DNA of 64,000 nucleotides, taken from Bacilli bacterium. GTDB lineage: Bacteria > Bacillota_I > Bacilli_A > ML615J-28 > CAG-698. Within the stretch, counting starts at the first letter, position 1. Each line of letters starts with the position of its first letter. Position numbers and translations under genes: made by a program. The notes below the pieces were generated by a model that was given only the letters and a program-made list of their open reading frames with translations, was not told the DNA's origin and did not search any database. The stretch is from positions 1-64,000 of the forward strand of contig JBMNLZ010000003.1 in assembly GCA_050953065.1 (NCBI GenBank). The letters are read 5' to 3'. Below, piece after piece: positions 1 to 8,484 of this stretch.

Positions 1-638
1 TCCATACATTTCAACAATCTCAGTTCTAGAGTTTAGCCCCATAGCTCTTAAGAAAGTAGTTAAAGGAACTTTTTTTGATCTATCAAATTTTGCATACCAA
101 ACATCTCTAGTTCCTTTTTCAAATTCAATCCATGCTCCACGAGTTGGAATAACTTGACCTGAGAAATTAACTTGTCCACTTTTTTTGTCAACATCAGAAG
201 AATAAAACACTCCAGCTGATCTTATAATTTGAGTAACAATAACTCTTTCAGCTCCGTTAACGATAAAAGTTCCCCAAGGAGTCATCATTGGGTAATCGCC
301 TAAAATATTTTTTGTTCTTTTATTTCGCCAGTTTCATTATTTCTTAATCTAACACTAACCTTTAATGGACTAGCATAATTTACACTTTTAGTTTTTGATT
401 GAGGGATATCGTATTTTGGCTCATCAAATTCAAAATCATCAAAATACAATTCAAACTTCTCGCTATGATCAGTAATTGGAGAAATTTCTTTAAATAATTC
501 TTTAATTCCATCTTTAATAAACCAATCAAATGATTTAGTTTGAACCTCTATTAAATCTGGAAGCTCTACATTCGTTTGAATACGAGAGTAATTTCTACGA
601 ACTCTGTTTTTACCATACACTATGTTTTTGTAACTCAA
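1..638 (-). CDS. rpoB: DNA-directed RNA polymerase beta subunit, 5' part (runs off window; apparent 1-nt deletion at ~302-305)
   Basis: ORF has RRNYSRI..LPDLIEVQTKSF..YASPLKV. After KIF the RpoB sequence GDYPMMTPWGTFIVNGAERVIVTQ continues in a shifted frame. TTG start, downstream of rplL. Confidence 0.97.
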
Positions 639-693
639 AATTATTCACCCACTGATTTTTTAAAAATAAATGCGCACACTATCGCATTTTATT

Positions 694-722
694 ATTATAG
701 TACATTGTTGTCAAATTGTCAA
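694..722 (-). promoter_or_regulatory. sigma-A promoter of rpoB
   Basis: Minus strand reads TTGACA-17 nt-TATAAT, a perfect consensus. Confidence 0.9.
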
Positions 723-761
723 CATAAAAATTGTAATTTAAATATTAAAGTAGTAAAAGCG

Positions 762-787
762 AAAAAACCCGAGAAACTCGGGTTATT
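762..787 (-). terminator. intrinsic terminator after rplL
   Basis: aacccgag/ctcgggtt stem followed by a T run on the minus strand. Confidence 0.85.
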
Positions 788-798
788 ATTTAAAAAGA

Positions 799-1170
799 TT
801 ATTTTAACTCTACAGTAGCTCCAGCTTCTTCTAATTTTGTTTTAATAGCTTTTGCTTCATCTTCGTTAACGCCTTCTTTTAAAGTACTAGGAGCAGCATC
901 AACCATATCTTTGGCTTCTTTTAATCCTAGTCCAGTTAATTCACGCACAACTTTAATAACAGCGATTTTGTTAGCGCCAAAACTAGCAAGAACAACTTTA
1001 TAAGATTTTGGCCCTTCTTCTTCAACAGCTGCTACTGCTGGCCCTGCAACAACTGCTGCGGCTGCAGTTACACCAAATTCTTCTTCGATCGCCTTAACTA
1101 ATTCGTTTAATTCTAAAACAGTCATTTCCTTCATTGATTCGATAAATTCTTTTACATTAATTTTTCCCAT
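799..1170 (-). CDS. rplL: 50S ribosomal protein L7/L12
   Basis: [19 protein letters not shown]; [20 protein letters not shown]; [11 protein letters not shown]. Confidence 0.99.
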   Translation of the reverse strand: MGKINVKEFIESMKEMTVLELNELVKAIEEEFGVTAAAAVVAGPAVAAVEEEGPKSYKVVLASFGANKIAVIKVVRELTGLGLKEAKDMVDAAPSTLKEGVNEDEAKAIKTKLEEAGATVELK

Positions 1171-1188
1171 TTTTTATTTCTCCTTATA

Positions 1189-1674
1189 TTAATTTTTTTC
1201 TGATACAGCTTTAATAGCACACGCCAAATTGCGAATAGGCGCTTGTAATACACTTAAGAACATTGAAATCATACCTTCCTTGTTTGGTAGACTTGCAATT
1301 ACCTTTAATTCATTTTTATCAATTACTTTTCCTTCAACTACACCAGCTTTTACTTCAAGACGGTTACACTTTTTAGCAAAATCATAAATGATTTTTGAAG
1401 CGCTATTACTGTCTTTTGAAAAAGCTACTGCGCTAGGGCCTTTAAAAGTTTCATCTAGCCCTTTATAACCTGCTTTTTCAGCAGCCCTTCTTAAAATATT
1501 ATTCTTAACAACCTTAATTTCACAGTCAGCATCATATAAGCCTTTTCTTAATTCAGTCATTTCTGCTACTGTCAATCCAAGATAGTCAACAAATACAGAA
1601 GATCCAGAAGAAATCATTTTTTCATAAACTTTTTCCACTTGATCAATTTTTAACTTAATTGTTGCTTCTTTCAT
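1189..1674 (-). CDS. rplJ: 50S ribosomal protein L10
   Basis: DYLGLTVAEMTELRK, VVKNNILRRA, ASLPNKE. Start set at the ATG following GGAGG. Confidence 0.98.
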   Translation of the reverse strand: MKEATIKLKIDQVEKVYEKMISSGSSVFVDYLGLTVAEMTELRKGLYDADCEIKVVKNNILRRAAEKAGYKGLDETFKGPSAVAFSKDSNSASKIIYDFAKKCNRLEVKAGVVEGKVIDKNELKVIASLPNKEGMISMFLSVLQAPIRNLACAIKAVSEKN

Positions 1675-1689
1675 TTCATCCTCCATAAA

Positions 1690-1790
1690 AATTTAAAAAC
1701 CTCTTCACCAAGCAAGGTTAAAGAGGGTTTCATCACACTTCATAACCTCGGTAGGAATATTAAGCTTAAAAGCACCTACTTTCTACGGCA
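1690..1790 (-). promoter_or_regulatory. L10 leader (rplJL autoregulatory RNA with terminator-like hairpin)
   Basis: Minus strand CCGTAGAAAGTAGG...TTAATATTCCTACCGAGGTT resembles the L10 leader core. It is followed by a cctctt..aagagg-TTTTT hairpin upstream of rplJ. Confidence 0.85.
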
Positions 1791-1834
1791 TAAAAATTAA
1801 AACTATTTTATTTTTAATATTTTATTTATTACAT

Positions 1835-2527
1835 TTATTCAATTGATTCTGGAGCAATTTTAATGCCAGGTCCCATAGTAGAAGCAATTGAAATGTTCTT
1901 TACATAAACACCTTTAACAGTTGAAGGTTTAATTCTAATAAGCGTATTATAAACAGTCTTAATATTATCAAACAATTGTTCAGGTGTAAAACTAACTTTT
2001 CCTACGATAGTTGGAATATTTCCAGTTTTATCAACACGATATTCAACTTTACCAGCTTTAATTTCACTAACAGCTTTTGCAATATCCATTGTTACAGTTC
2101 CAGTTTTAGCATTTGGCATTAGGCCTTTAGGTCCTAAGATTTTACCAATCTTTCCTAATTCTCCCATCATATCAGGTGTTGCTACTATAATATCAAAATC
2201 AAACCATCCACCTTTGATTTTTTCAATATATTCAACATCACCTACATAGTCAGCACCAGCTGCTTCTGCTTCTTTGGCTTTTGCTTCTTTAGTTAAAACT
2301 AAAACTTTTCTAGTTTTACCAGTACCATGAGGTAAATTAATAGCCCCACGCAAATTTTGTTCAGCTTTTCTTGAGTCTAGATTCATTCTAAAAACTGCTT
2401 CAACTGTACCATCAAATTTTGAAATACTGGTTTTTTTAACTAATTCAACAGCTTCGCTTAAAGGATATCTTTTTGTTCTGTCAATTAATTTAGCGGCTTC
2501 CATGTATTTTTTACTTCTTTTTGCCAT
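1835..2527 (-). CDS. rplA: 50S ribosomal protein L1
   Basis: [30 protein letters not shown]. Start MAKRSKK follows AAGGAGG. Confidence 0.99.
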   Translation of the reverse strand: MAKRSKKYMEAAKLIDRTKRYPLSEAVELVKKTSISKFDGTVEAVFRMNLDSRKAEQNLRGAINLPHGTGKTRKVLVLTKEAKAKEAEAAGADYVGDVEYIEKIKGGWFDFDIIVATPDMMGELGKIGKILGPKGLMPNAKTGTVTMDIAKAVSEIKAGKVEYRVDKTGNIPTIVGKVSFTPEQLFDNIKTVYNTLIRIKPSTVKGVYVKNISIASTMGPGIKIAPESIE

Positions 2528-2542
2528 TTTTTCCTCCTTAAA

Positions 2543-2569
2543 TGTGGTCAATCGGAAATTCCTTCCACA
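2543..2569 (-). promoter_or_regulatory. putative L1-binding RNA element upstream of rplA
   Basis: TGTGGAAGGAATTTCCGATTGACCACA: GTGG..A-rich internal loop..ACCAC pattern next to the RBS. Confidence 0.7.
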
Positions 2570-2613
2570 GTTTAAGTTGATAATCAACTTATTTTGGTTT
2601 GAAACTTCATTTT

Positions 2614-3043
2614 TTAATCTTCTACAACAATACCCATGTTTCGAGCAGTCCCTTCAACAATCTTAGTTGCTTGTTCAAGTGTATAAGCGTTTAAATCAGG
2701 CATCTTCATTTTCGCGATTTCAGCCACCTTTTCACGTTTCAATGTTGCAACTTTTGTTTTGTTAGGGGTTGCAGAAGCTTTGCTAATACCAGCCATTTTC
2801 TTTAATAAATCAGAAGCTGGCGGAGTTTTAGTAACAAAAGTAAATGTACGGTCTTCATACACTGAAATAACTACAGGTACTACATAACCAATTTGATCTT
2901 TTGTTGCTTCATTAAATTGTAATACAAACTGTTGGATGTTTACACTTGCTGAACCTAAGGCAGGACCTACAGGTGGAGCAGGGAGTCGCTTTTCCAGCAG
3001 GGATTTGCAATTTAATAACTTTCGTAATCTTTTTTGCAGCCAC
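2614..3043 (-). CDS. rplK: 50S ribosomal protein L11 (apparent 1-nt insertion at 2981-2983)
   Basis: GTG start after AGGAGG gives [19 protein letters not shown]. One extra C then shifts the frame to [10 protein letters not shown]..., which continues into the listed [26 protein letters not shown]. Confidence 0.97.
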
Positions 3044-3069
3044 GAGACACACCTCCTTTTTGTCCGGGT

Positions 3070-3096
3070 GTGGTAATTGAGTTTTCACTCTCCCAC
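3070..3096 (-). promoter_or_regulatory. putative L1-binding RNA leader upstream of rplK
   Basis: GTGGGAGAGTGAAAACTCAATTACCAC matches the GTGGGAG..ACCAC L1-site pattern. Confidence 0.75.
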
Positions 3097-3134
3097 TAAT
3101 TATAAAATAGTTTGCGTTTTATGCACGCTTGTAT

Positions 3135-3163
3135 ATTATAACACAAACAAATATGAAATTCAA
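3135..3163 (-). promoter_or_regulatory. sigma-A promoter of rplK
   Basis: TTGAAT-17 nt-TATAAT with extended -10 TG. Confidence 0.75.
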
Positions 3164-3210
3164 TAGAAAAGTTAATCTTTTTTCTTAGAATATTATTTAA
3201 TTCAAAGCAA

Positions 3211-3240
3211 AATAAAAGCGCTTATTCCTAAGCGCTTATT
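3211..3240 (-). terminator. intrinsic terminator after lipoprotein gene
   Basis: aagcgctta/taagcgctt stem with T-rich tail. Confidence 0.75.
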
Positions 3241-3247
3241 TCATCTA

Positions 3248-3955
3248 TTATTGTTCTACATAACTTGCAGCATCTGCAGGCAAATTAACAGTTTGAGCAA
3301 CTAGGCCTAAAAATTCAACTTTGTTACTCATAGCTATATTATCTTTTGTTACTAAAATTTCAATTGCTGAAATATCATTTCCAGTAAAAGTAATTTTAAA
3401 AGTAACTGCAGTTGCTTCTGTGAAATATGTTCCATCATAAGCAAGTAAATCTAAAGCAAACGAAGCAACGTTTTCTTTTACTTCTACAGATACAGGTAAA
3501 GCTGTATATAAATCAGCATCATCCAAGAAAAGCGACTCAACATCTTCAATAAACTTATTGAATCCATAATCTCTTAAGATAGAAGATTGTTCAGAAGCAC
3601 CTACTTCATATTTAATTTTATCGCCTTCTTCTGTTAACATATACGCTGTATTACTAGAAATATAAACATGCATATTGTTTTCGCCACCAGTTTGTGTATA
3701 AGACATTGAAGTAATCGCATTACCTTCCTTATTCATTTTAAGTTCAGTAACTAAAGTAGTTGTACCATCATTTGATGTTAACTTAACACCATAATTTTTA
3801 GCAGCTTTATAATTTTCAATTAAATCAAACACAGCTAATTCTAACGCTGAAGAATCATAATTTTTTGGAGCTTCTAATTCTATATCTTTTTTACCACATC
3901 CAACAAATACAAAAGCAAACAAACTTAACATAATTAATAAAAATAATCTTTTCAT
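3248..3955 (-). CDS. hypothetical lipoprotein
   Basis: Signal peptide with FVGC lipobox, GGAGG RBS, beta-strand-rich mature region. Confidence 0.85.
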   Translation of the reverse strand: MKRLFLLIMLSLFAFVFVGCGKKDIELEAPKNYDSSALELAVFDLIENYKAAKNYGVKLTSNDGTTTLVTELKMNKEGNAITSMSYTQTGGENNMHVYISSNTAYMLTEEGDKIKYEVGASEQSSILRDYGFNKFIEDVESLFLDDADLYTALPVSVEVKENVASFALDLLAYDGTYFTEATAVTFKITFTGNDISAIEILVTKDNIAMSNKVEFLGLVAQTVNLPADAASYVEQ

Positions 3956-4044
3956 TTTTTCCTCCGTTTAAAAATATATTAAACCTAACAAATATATTAT
4001 ACTAAATTTTTTTTAATTTTACAACCTTAAATTTTAATATGTTT

Positions 4045-6876
4045 TTAATTTGTAGGCATTGTCGCTGTAGTGCCATATGCAGTTTTTAAAACTCCTGCTT
4101 CTAAATACGTAATATATGGTTTTGCTCTCCATGCACTTGTTGCATAATCTTCTTTCTTTATAATAACAAATTCATTATCACTAGAGTAATTATAAGCTCT
4201 AATTTTAGTTATATCACCTGAATTAAGTGTAACCTCATGAGTACCTACATAAAAAATCATTCCAACATCTACCAATGTACAGCTTGTAGGGATATAAAAT
4301 CCACCTGCTACAAACAAATATCCAGTTGTTGTATTTTTAAAATTATGATTTATATAAACTCTTGGAGAATTTATTTCACTAGATGATGCAGTAATTGCAG
4401 TAACCGTAGTATTTTTATATAACGTAATAGCAAAATCTCTATTAAAACTAGCTACCTGACCATTAACAGACCAATATTTAAAAGTTGCATTATCTGATTT
4501 TAATCTTACTGTTTGGTCATATTGTGCTGTACTACCACCTACAGCATAACCTTGCCCAACAAGTGTTACACTATAATTAGTTGTATTCGTTTTAGCATAT
4601 ACCGCTTTAATGATGGTATGACCTTGAATATTTGACAACGATCTTGACCAACCATTAAAAGCATAACCTGGTTTAATCAAATTCGTTAAATTCGGAGCAG
4701 TAGCATTTCCTCCCCTTGGAACATTTTCATATTTTAAAATGTCATTATTGCTATCTAAAAAGACAACATATTTAAAATTTGAATTTCTAGGGAAACAATA
4801 TGCTGTAAATTCATGATTATCAGTTAGCCTAAATTTATAAGGATGATTAAATGATACTAACTTTCCTTTATCAGCTAAAAACAAAAATTCATATCCTGAA
4901 TTAGGTGTTACAGTAAGTTTGCTTGCAGTACCATAAGCACCACTTGAAACCGTAATATTATGAGTTCCATTCATAGTCTGACAAGTTAGACTATAAGTTT
5001 TATTAGAAACTACAATTGATACATTTTGAGAAACAGAAGGCGTTACAGTTGAAGTTGCTGTAATTATAGCAGTTCCTTGATTAACTCCGGTAACTACTCC
5101 GCTACTATTTACTGTAGCAACACCAGTATTACTACTACTCCAAGTTACCCCTTGACCTACACCTGCAGGATAAACTGTAGCCGTAAGGGAAACTGTTTGC
5201 TGAGGATTAATCCCTTTAGCGCCAGTAATTGTAATTGAAGTTGCTGCTAAAGGTGTTCCAGTTGAGATAGGTCCTACAGTATTAGTCGCTGAAATTGCTG
5301 CTATTCCATAAGTATAATTTACTCCACCATAAATTGTTAAATCTTTGTGATATGTAACATTAGGTCCCACAACAGTTAACAATTCACCAGCAGCACCAGT
5401 AACACTACCTGTAGTAGTTCTATAAATCGCATATTTTCTAGCACCACTCACAGTTGACCAACTCAATTCATTAGAATTTCTAGAAAAGTTTGGAACTTGG
5501 CCTAAAGTAATTGGTGTAGTATTAGCCATTTCAGGAACTAATGCTGCGTAATTCCAAGTATTTTTTATTCCTTGAATATTTCCAGGTAATTTTCCTGCAG
5601 TTGAATTAAAAGACTTATAAGTATATATACACGTTCCTTTTACCTCAGGATGTTTAATAATATATTTTAATTGCTTTGCAGCTTCATTATCGTGAGTCCA
5701 CCCATTCGCACTAGTTGCCGCCATATAAAGTCCCATACCAGCATATAGATTGACCTTTTTATTTTTAACAACCTTAGCCCACCAATCAATAACATCAGCA
5801 AATTTACAATGACTATCTTCAAAACCCCAATAAGATTGCGGTACGATATAGTCAATCCATTCACTATCAATCCATCTTTTAGTATCTGCAAACAAATAAT
5901 AATTGCGGTGTTCTTGTCCTGACGTATTAGAGCCATTACTTTGATAAGTTCCATTAGCATCATAAGTAGCATTCATCGCACCATTATAAGTATTATTAGC
6001 AAAAACACCAGTTGGAGAAATTCCAAGTTGAACTTTTCTTCCATTATTACTATTATAAGTTCGCATTGTATTGCTTAATTCTTGAATATACAAACTTACC
6101 TGTTCTCTTCTCCAAGGGTCTCTAGTATATCCATTCGGATTATACATAGCCATTGTAGATGCATCATCTACACCAGCTATATAAAAGTAATCATCAAAAT
6201 GAACCGCATCTACATCATATTTTTGAATTACTTCCATTACAGTATTAATTAAATACGTTCTAACATTAGGAAGTCCTGGATTTAAAATTACACCGCTTGT
6301 TCCTAAAAGCAAGTTTGAAGTAGAACTAGCAGGATTAGAAGGACATGATGCATATCTAGATGCAATAGTATTTAAATCTACAGCTGAAGTTTCAACTCTA
6401 TAAGGATTCATCCAAGCATGAAATTCAATTCCTCTTCTATGGCACTCGCCAACTAACCACTCAATAGGATCATTTCCAGCCGTTGGAGTAAAACCAATAT
6501 ATGTAGATTTTATATTGTATTGTGAAGGATATAAAGCATCGTTCTTAATTCTAATATGAAATACCAAAGCATTCATATTATATTCTTGCATTTTATTTAA
6601 AACAATATTCATCGCATTTTGGAAAGTAGTCATAGAAGAACCTAAAGATACATCACCTGCAAAAGGCGAAACCCACAAACCTCTAAAATCATATCTTTGT
6701 TGCTCATAAACATCAGGAGTATAAACTTGATTAGTTGTGTTTCTATATGTAATATTAGTACCGCTTGAAGAAAGCAAAGGAACTAAGTTAAAAGCATTAA
6801 CTTCTACCTTAACATTAGTCATCATTAACACAAAGCACAGGATAATCATTAGCGATAATATTCTTTTTAATTTCAT
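4045..6876 (-). CDS. secreted GHL10 (DigH/YddW-like) glycoside hydrolase + FN3-like + 1 Big_2 + InlB-B-type repeats + C-terminal unknown domain (paralogue A)
   Basis: Signal peptide; FRGLWVS, EFHAWMNPYR, LNPG, HFDDYFY, WIDYIVPQSYW motifs; WSSSNTGVATV Big_2 motif; KPGYAFNGW repeat motif. Confidence 0.9.
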   Translation of the reverse strand: MKLKRILSLMIILCFVLMMTNVKVEVNAFNLVPLLSSSGTNITYRNTTNQVYTPDVYEQQRYDFRGLWVSPFAGDVSLGSSMTTFQNAMNIVLNKMQEYNMNALVFHIRIKNDALYPSQYNIKSTYIGFTPTAGNDPIEWLVGECHRRGIEFHAWMNPYRVETSAVDLNTIASRYASCPSNPASSTSNLLLGTSGVILNPGLPNVRTYLINTVMEVIQKYDVDAVHFDDYFYIAGVDDASTMAMYNPNGYTRDPWRREQVSLYIQELSNTMRTYNSNNGRKVQLGISPTGVFANNTYNGAMNATYDANGTYQSNGSNTSGQEHRNYYLFADTKRWIDSEWIDYIVPQSYWGFEDSHCKFADVIDWWAKVVKNKKVNLYAGMGLYMAATSANGWTHDNEAAKQLKYIIKHPEVKGTCIYTYKSFNSTAGKLPGNIQGIKNTWNYAALVPEMANTTPITLGQVPNFSRNSNELSWSTVSGARKYAIYRTTTGSVTGAAGELLTVVGPNVTYHKDLTIYGGVNYTYGIAAISATNTVGPISTGTPLAATSITITGAKGINPQQTVSLTATVYPAGVGQGVTWSSSNTGVATVNSSGVVTGVNQGTAIITATSTVTPSVSQNVSIVVSNKTYSLTCQTMNGTHNITVSSGAYGTASKLTVTPNSGYEFLFLADKGKLVSFNHPYKFRLTDNHEFTAYCFPRNSNFKYVVFLDSNNDILKYENVPRGGNATAPNLTNLIKPGYAFNGWSRSLSNIQGHTIIKAVYAKTNTTNYSVTLVGQGYAVGGSTAQYDQTVRLKSDNATFKYWSVNGQVASFNRDFAITLYKNTTVTAITASSSEINSPRVYINHNFKNTTTGYLFVAGGFYIPTSCTLVDVGMIFYVGTHEVTLNSGDITKIRAYNYSSDNEFVIIKKEDYATSAWRAKPYITYLEAGVLKTAYGTTATMPTN

Positions 6877-6937
6877 AAGTTTAAAACCTCAGCATTAATA
6901 TATTCTGTATATAAAACTATACTTGAAACTCTTTATA

Positions 6938-6966
6938 ATTATACCATAAACTCAAGTTTTTTTAAA
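6938..6966 (-). promoter_or_regulatory. promoter of GHL10 paralogue A
   Basis: TTTAAA-17 nt-TATAAT with extended TG (TGGTATAAT). Confidence 0.6.
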
Positions 6967-6979
6967 CACTTAATTTGGA

Positions 6980-7027
6980 AAAATAAAGGGCTTTACCTTT
7001 AGTTTAAGATAACTAAAAGAAAAGCCT
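6980..7027 (-). terminator. probable terminator after lysC
   Basis: Long imperfect stem ggcttt..aaagcc followed by TTTATTTTT. Confidence 0.6.
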
Positions 7028-7030
7028 CAA

Positions 7031-8338
7031 TTATGCAACAAAATTCTCATAAATTACTTTAATTGTTTTTTCAAAATCTCTATTATCAACGCCTACAATG
7101 ATATTTAATTCCTGTAAACCTTGAGCGATCGTTTTAATATTAATTTCATTATTTCCAATTGTTGCAAATAACTTCCCAGAAATTCCAGGTCTTTTTGCCA
7201 TATTTCTACCAACTACTGCAACTAAAGCAATTTGATCAGTTATTTGAACATCACTAACATCTTTTTCTTTCTTTATATCACTTACCAAATCGTAAATACA
7301 TTTTTCAACATCTTCACTATTAACGATAATACTAAAACTATCAATTGATGATGGAATATGTTCTACATTTACTTTATACTTTTCAAAGATTTGAAGAATT
7401 TGCCTAATGATACTTACCTTGCTACATAAGTGACTCTTTGTAATAGTAAAAGATGTAAAATTCTTTTTTCCTGCGATTCCAGTTATAATTTGCGATTCAT
7501 CATCACAATCTTGTGTAATAACAGTCCCAGAATTTGTAGGATCATTAGTATTTAAAATATTAATCGGAATATTTGATTCTTGAACTGGAAAAATCGTTTC
7601 TTCGTGCAAAACATTAGCACCCATATAAGCAAGTTCTCTTAACTCGCTATATGTAATTTGTTTGATTCTTTTTGGTTTATCAACGATTCTAGGGTCTGCC
7701 ATTAAAATGCCTGAAACATCAGTCCAGTTTTCATACATTGATGCAGTTATAGCTTTAGCAGCAAGTGAACCTGTTATATCAGAACCGCCTCTAGATAACA
7801 ACTTTATCACACCATTTGGATAAGCACCATAGAATCCAGGAATTACAATTTTACCATATTTTCTAAAATTGGCCTCTATTAGTTGAGATGTCTTCTCTTG
7901 ATCAATTAGTCCATCATATCCAAAAACAATTACATCTTTAGCATCAACAAACGTAAAACCTAGGTATTCGGCCATAATTTTGGCTGTAATGTATTCTCCG
8001 CGGCTAACTATATAATCAACAAGCACATCCTTTGTAAGGCGCTTAGCAATTTCATCAAACTCAGCTTCAACATCAAACTTTAATTTTAATTCACGTTTTA
8101 CTTCCAAATATCTTTCTTTTATCATATTAAAGATATTATCACCTGGAACTGAATACCTTGTATGGGCATGTAATAAATATAGTAAATCAGTTATTTTACT
8201 ATCATCCTTATTTCTTTTTCCTAAAGCTGAAACTACAACCAACCTTCTTCTATCATCGCCTAATACTATATCTTTCACCTTCTTAAATTGAGCAGCATTA
8301 GCAAGTGAAGACCCACCAAACTTCGCAACAAAAAACAT
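7031..8338 (-). CDS. lysC: aspartate kinase with two ACT domains
   Basis: VAKFGGSSLA, VVVSALG, SRGE, LSRGGSDITG, WTDVSG, ELAYMGANVLH. Confidence 0.95.
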   Translation of the reverse strand: MFFVAKFGGSSLANAAQFKKVKDIVLGDDRRRLVVVSALGKRNKDDSKITDLLYLLHAHTRYSVPGDNIFNMIKERYLEVKRELKLKFDVEAEFDEIAKRLTKDVLVDYIVSRGEYITAKIMAEYLGFTFVDAKDVIVFGYDGLIDQEKTSQLIEANFRKYGKIVIPGFYGAYPNGVIKLLSRGGSDITGSLAAKAITASMYENWTDVSGILMADPRIVDKPKRIKQITYSELRELAYMGANVLHEETIFPVQESNIPINILNTNDPTNSGTVITQDCDDESQIITGIAGKKNFTSFTITKSHLCSKVSIIRQILQIFEKYKVNVEHIPSSIDSFSIIVNSEDVEKCIYDLVSDIKKEKDVSDVQITDQIALVAVVGRNMAKRPGISGKLFATIGNNEINIKTIAQGLQELNIIVGVDNRDFEKTIKVIYENFVA

Positions 8339-8427
8339 TTTAATCACCTCGTTAGCCTATTATATACTGTATTTAAAATAAATACAAGTGTTTTTAATAT
8401 AAAAACACTTTCATTTTAATCATAATT

Positions 8428-8464
8428 AAAAAAATAAGGCCACTTCTAAATGAAATGGCCTTAT
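8428..8464 (-). terminator. intrinsic terminator after the giant hydrolase gene
   Basis: ataaggcca..tggccttat stem plus a 7-T tail on the minus strand. Confidence 0.9.
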
Positions 8465-8484
8465 CAAAAATAATTTTAAAATTA

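Noticed and set aside
576-818. 80-aa plus-strand ORF
   Set aside because: Antisense across the rpoB start, promoter and rplL terminator; no RBS or recognisable motif.
1-3043. rpoB and rplK as pseudogenes or programmed frameshifts
   Set aside because: Single homopolymer indels with otherwise intact conserved sequence; sequencing error is the simplest explanation.
8339-8484. Lysine riboswitch upstream of lysC, and T-boxes upstream of leuS, cysS and metG
   Set aside because: The intergenic gaps are too short and AT-rich, and no T-box or lysine-aptamer motifs are visible.
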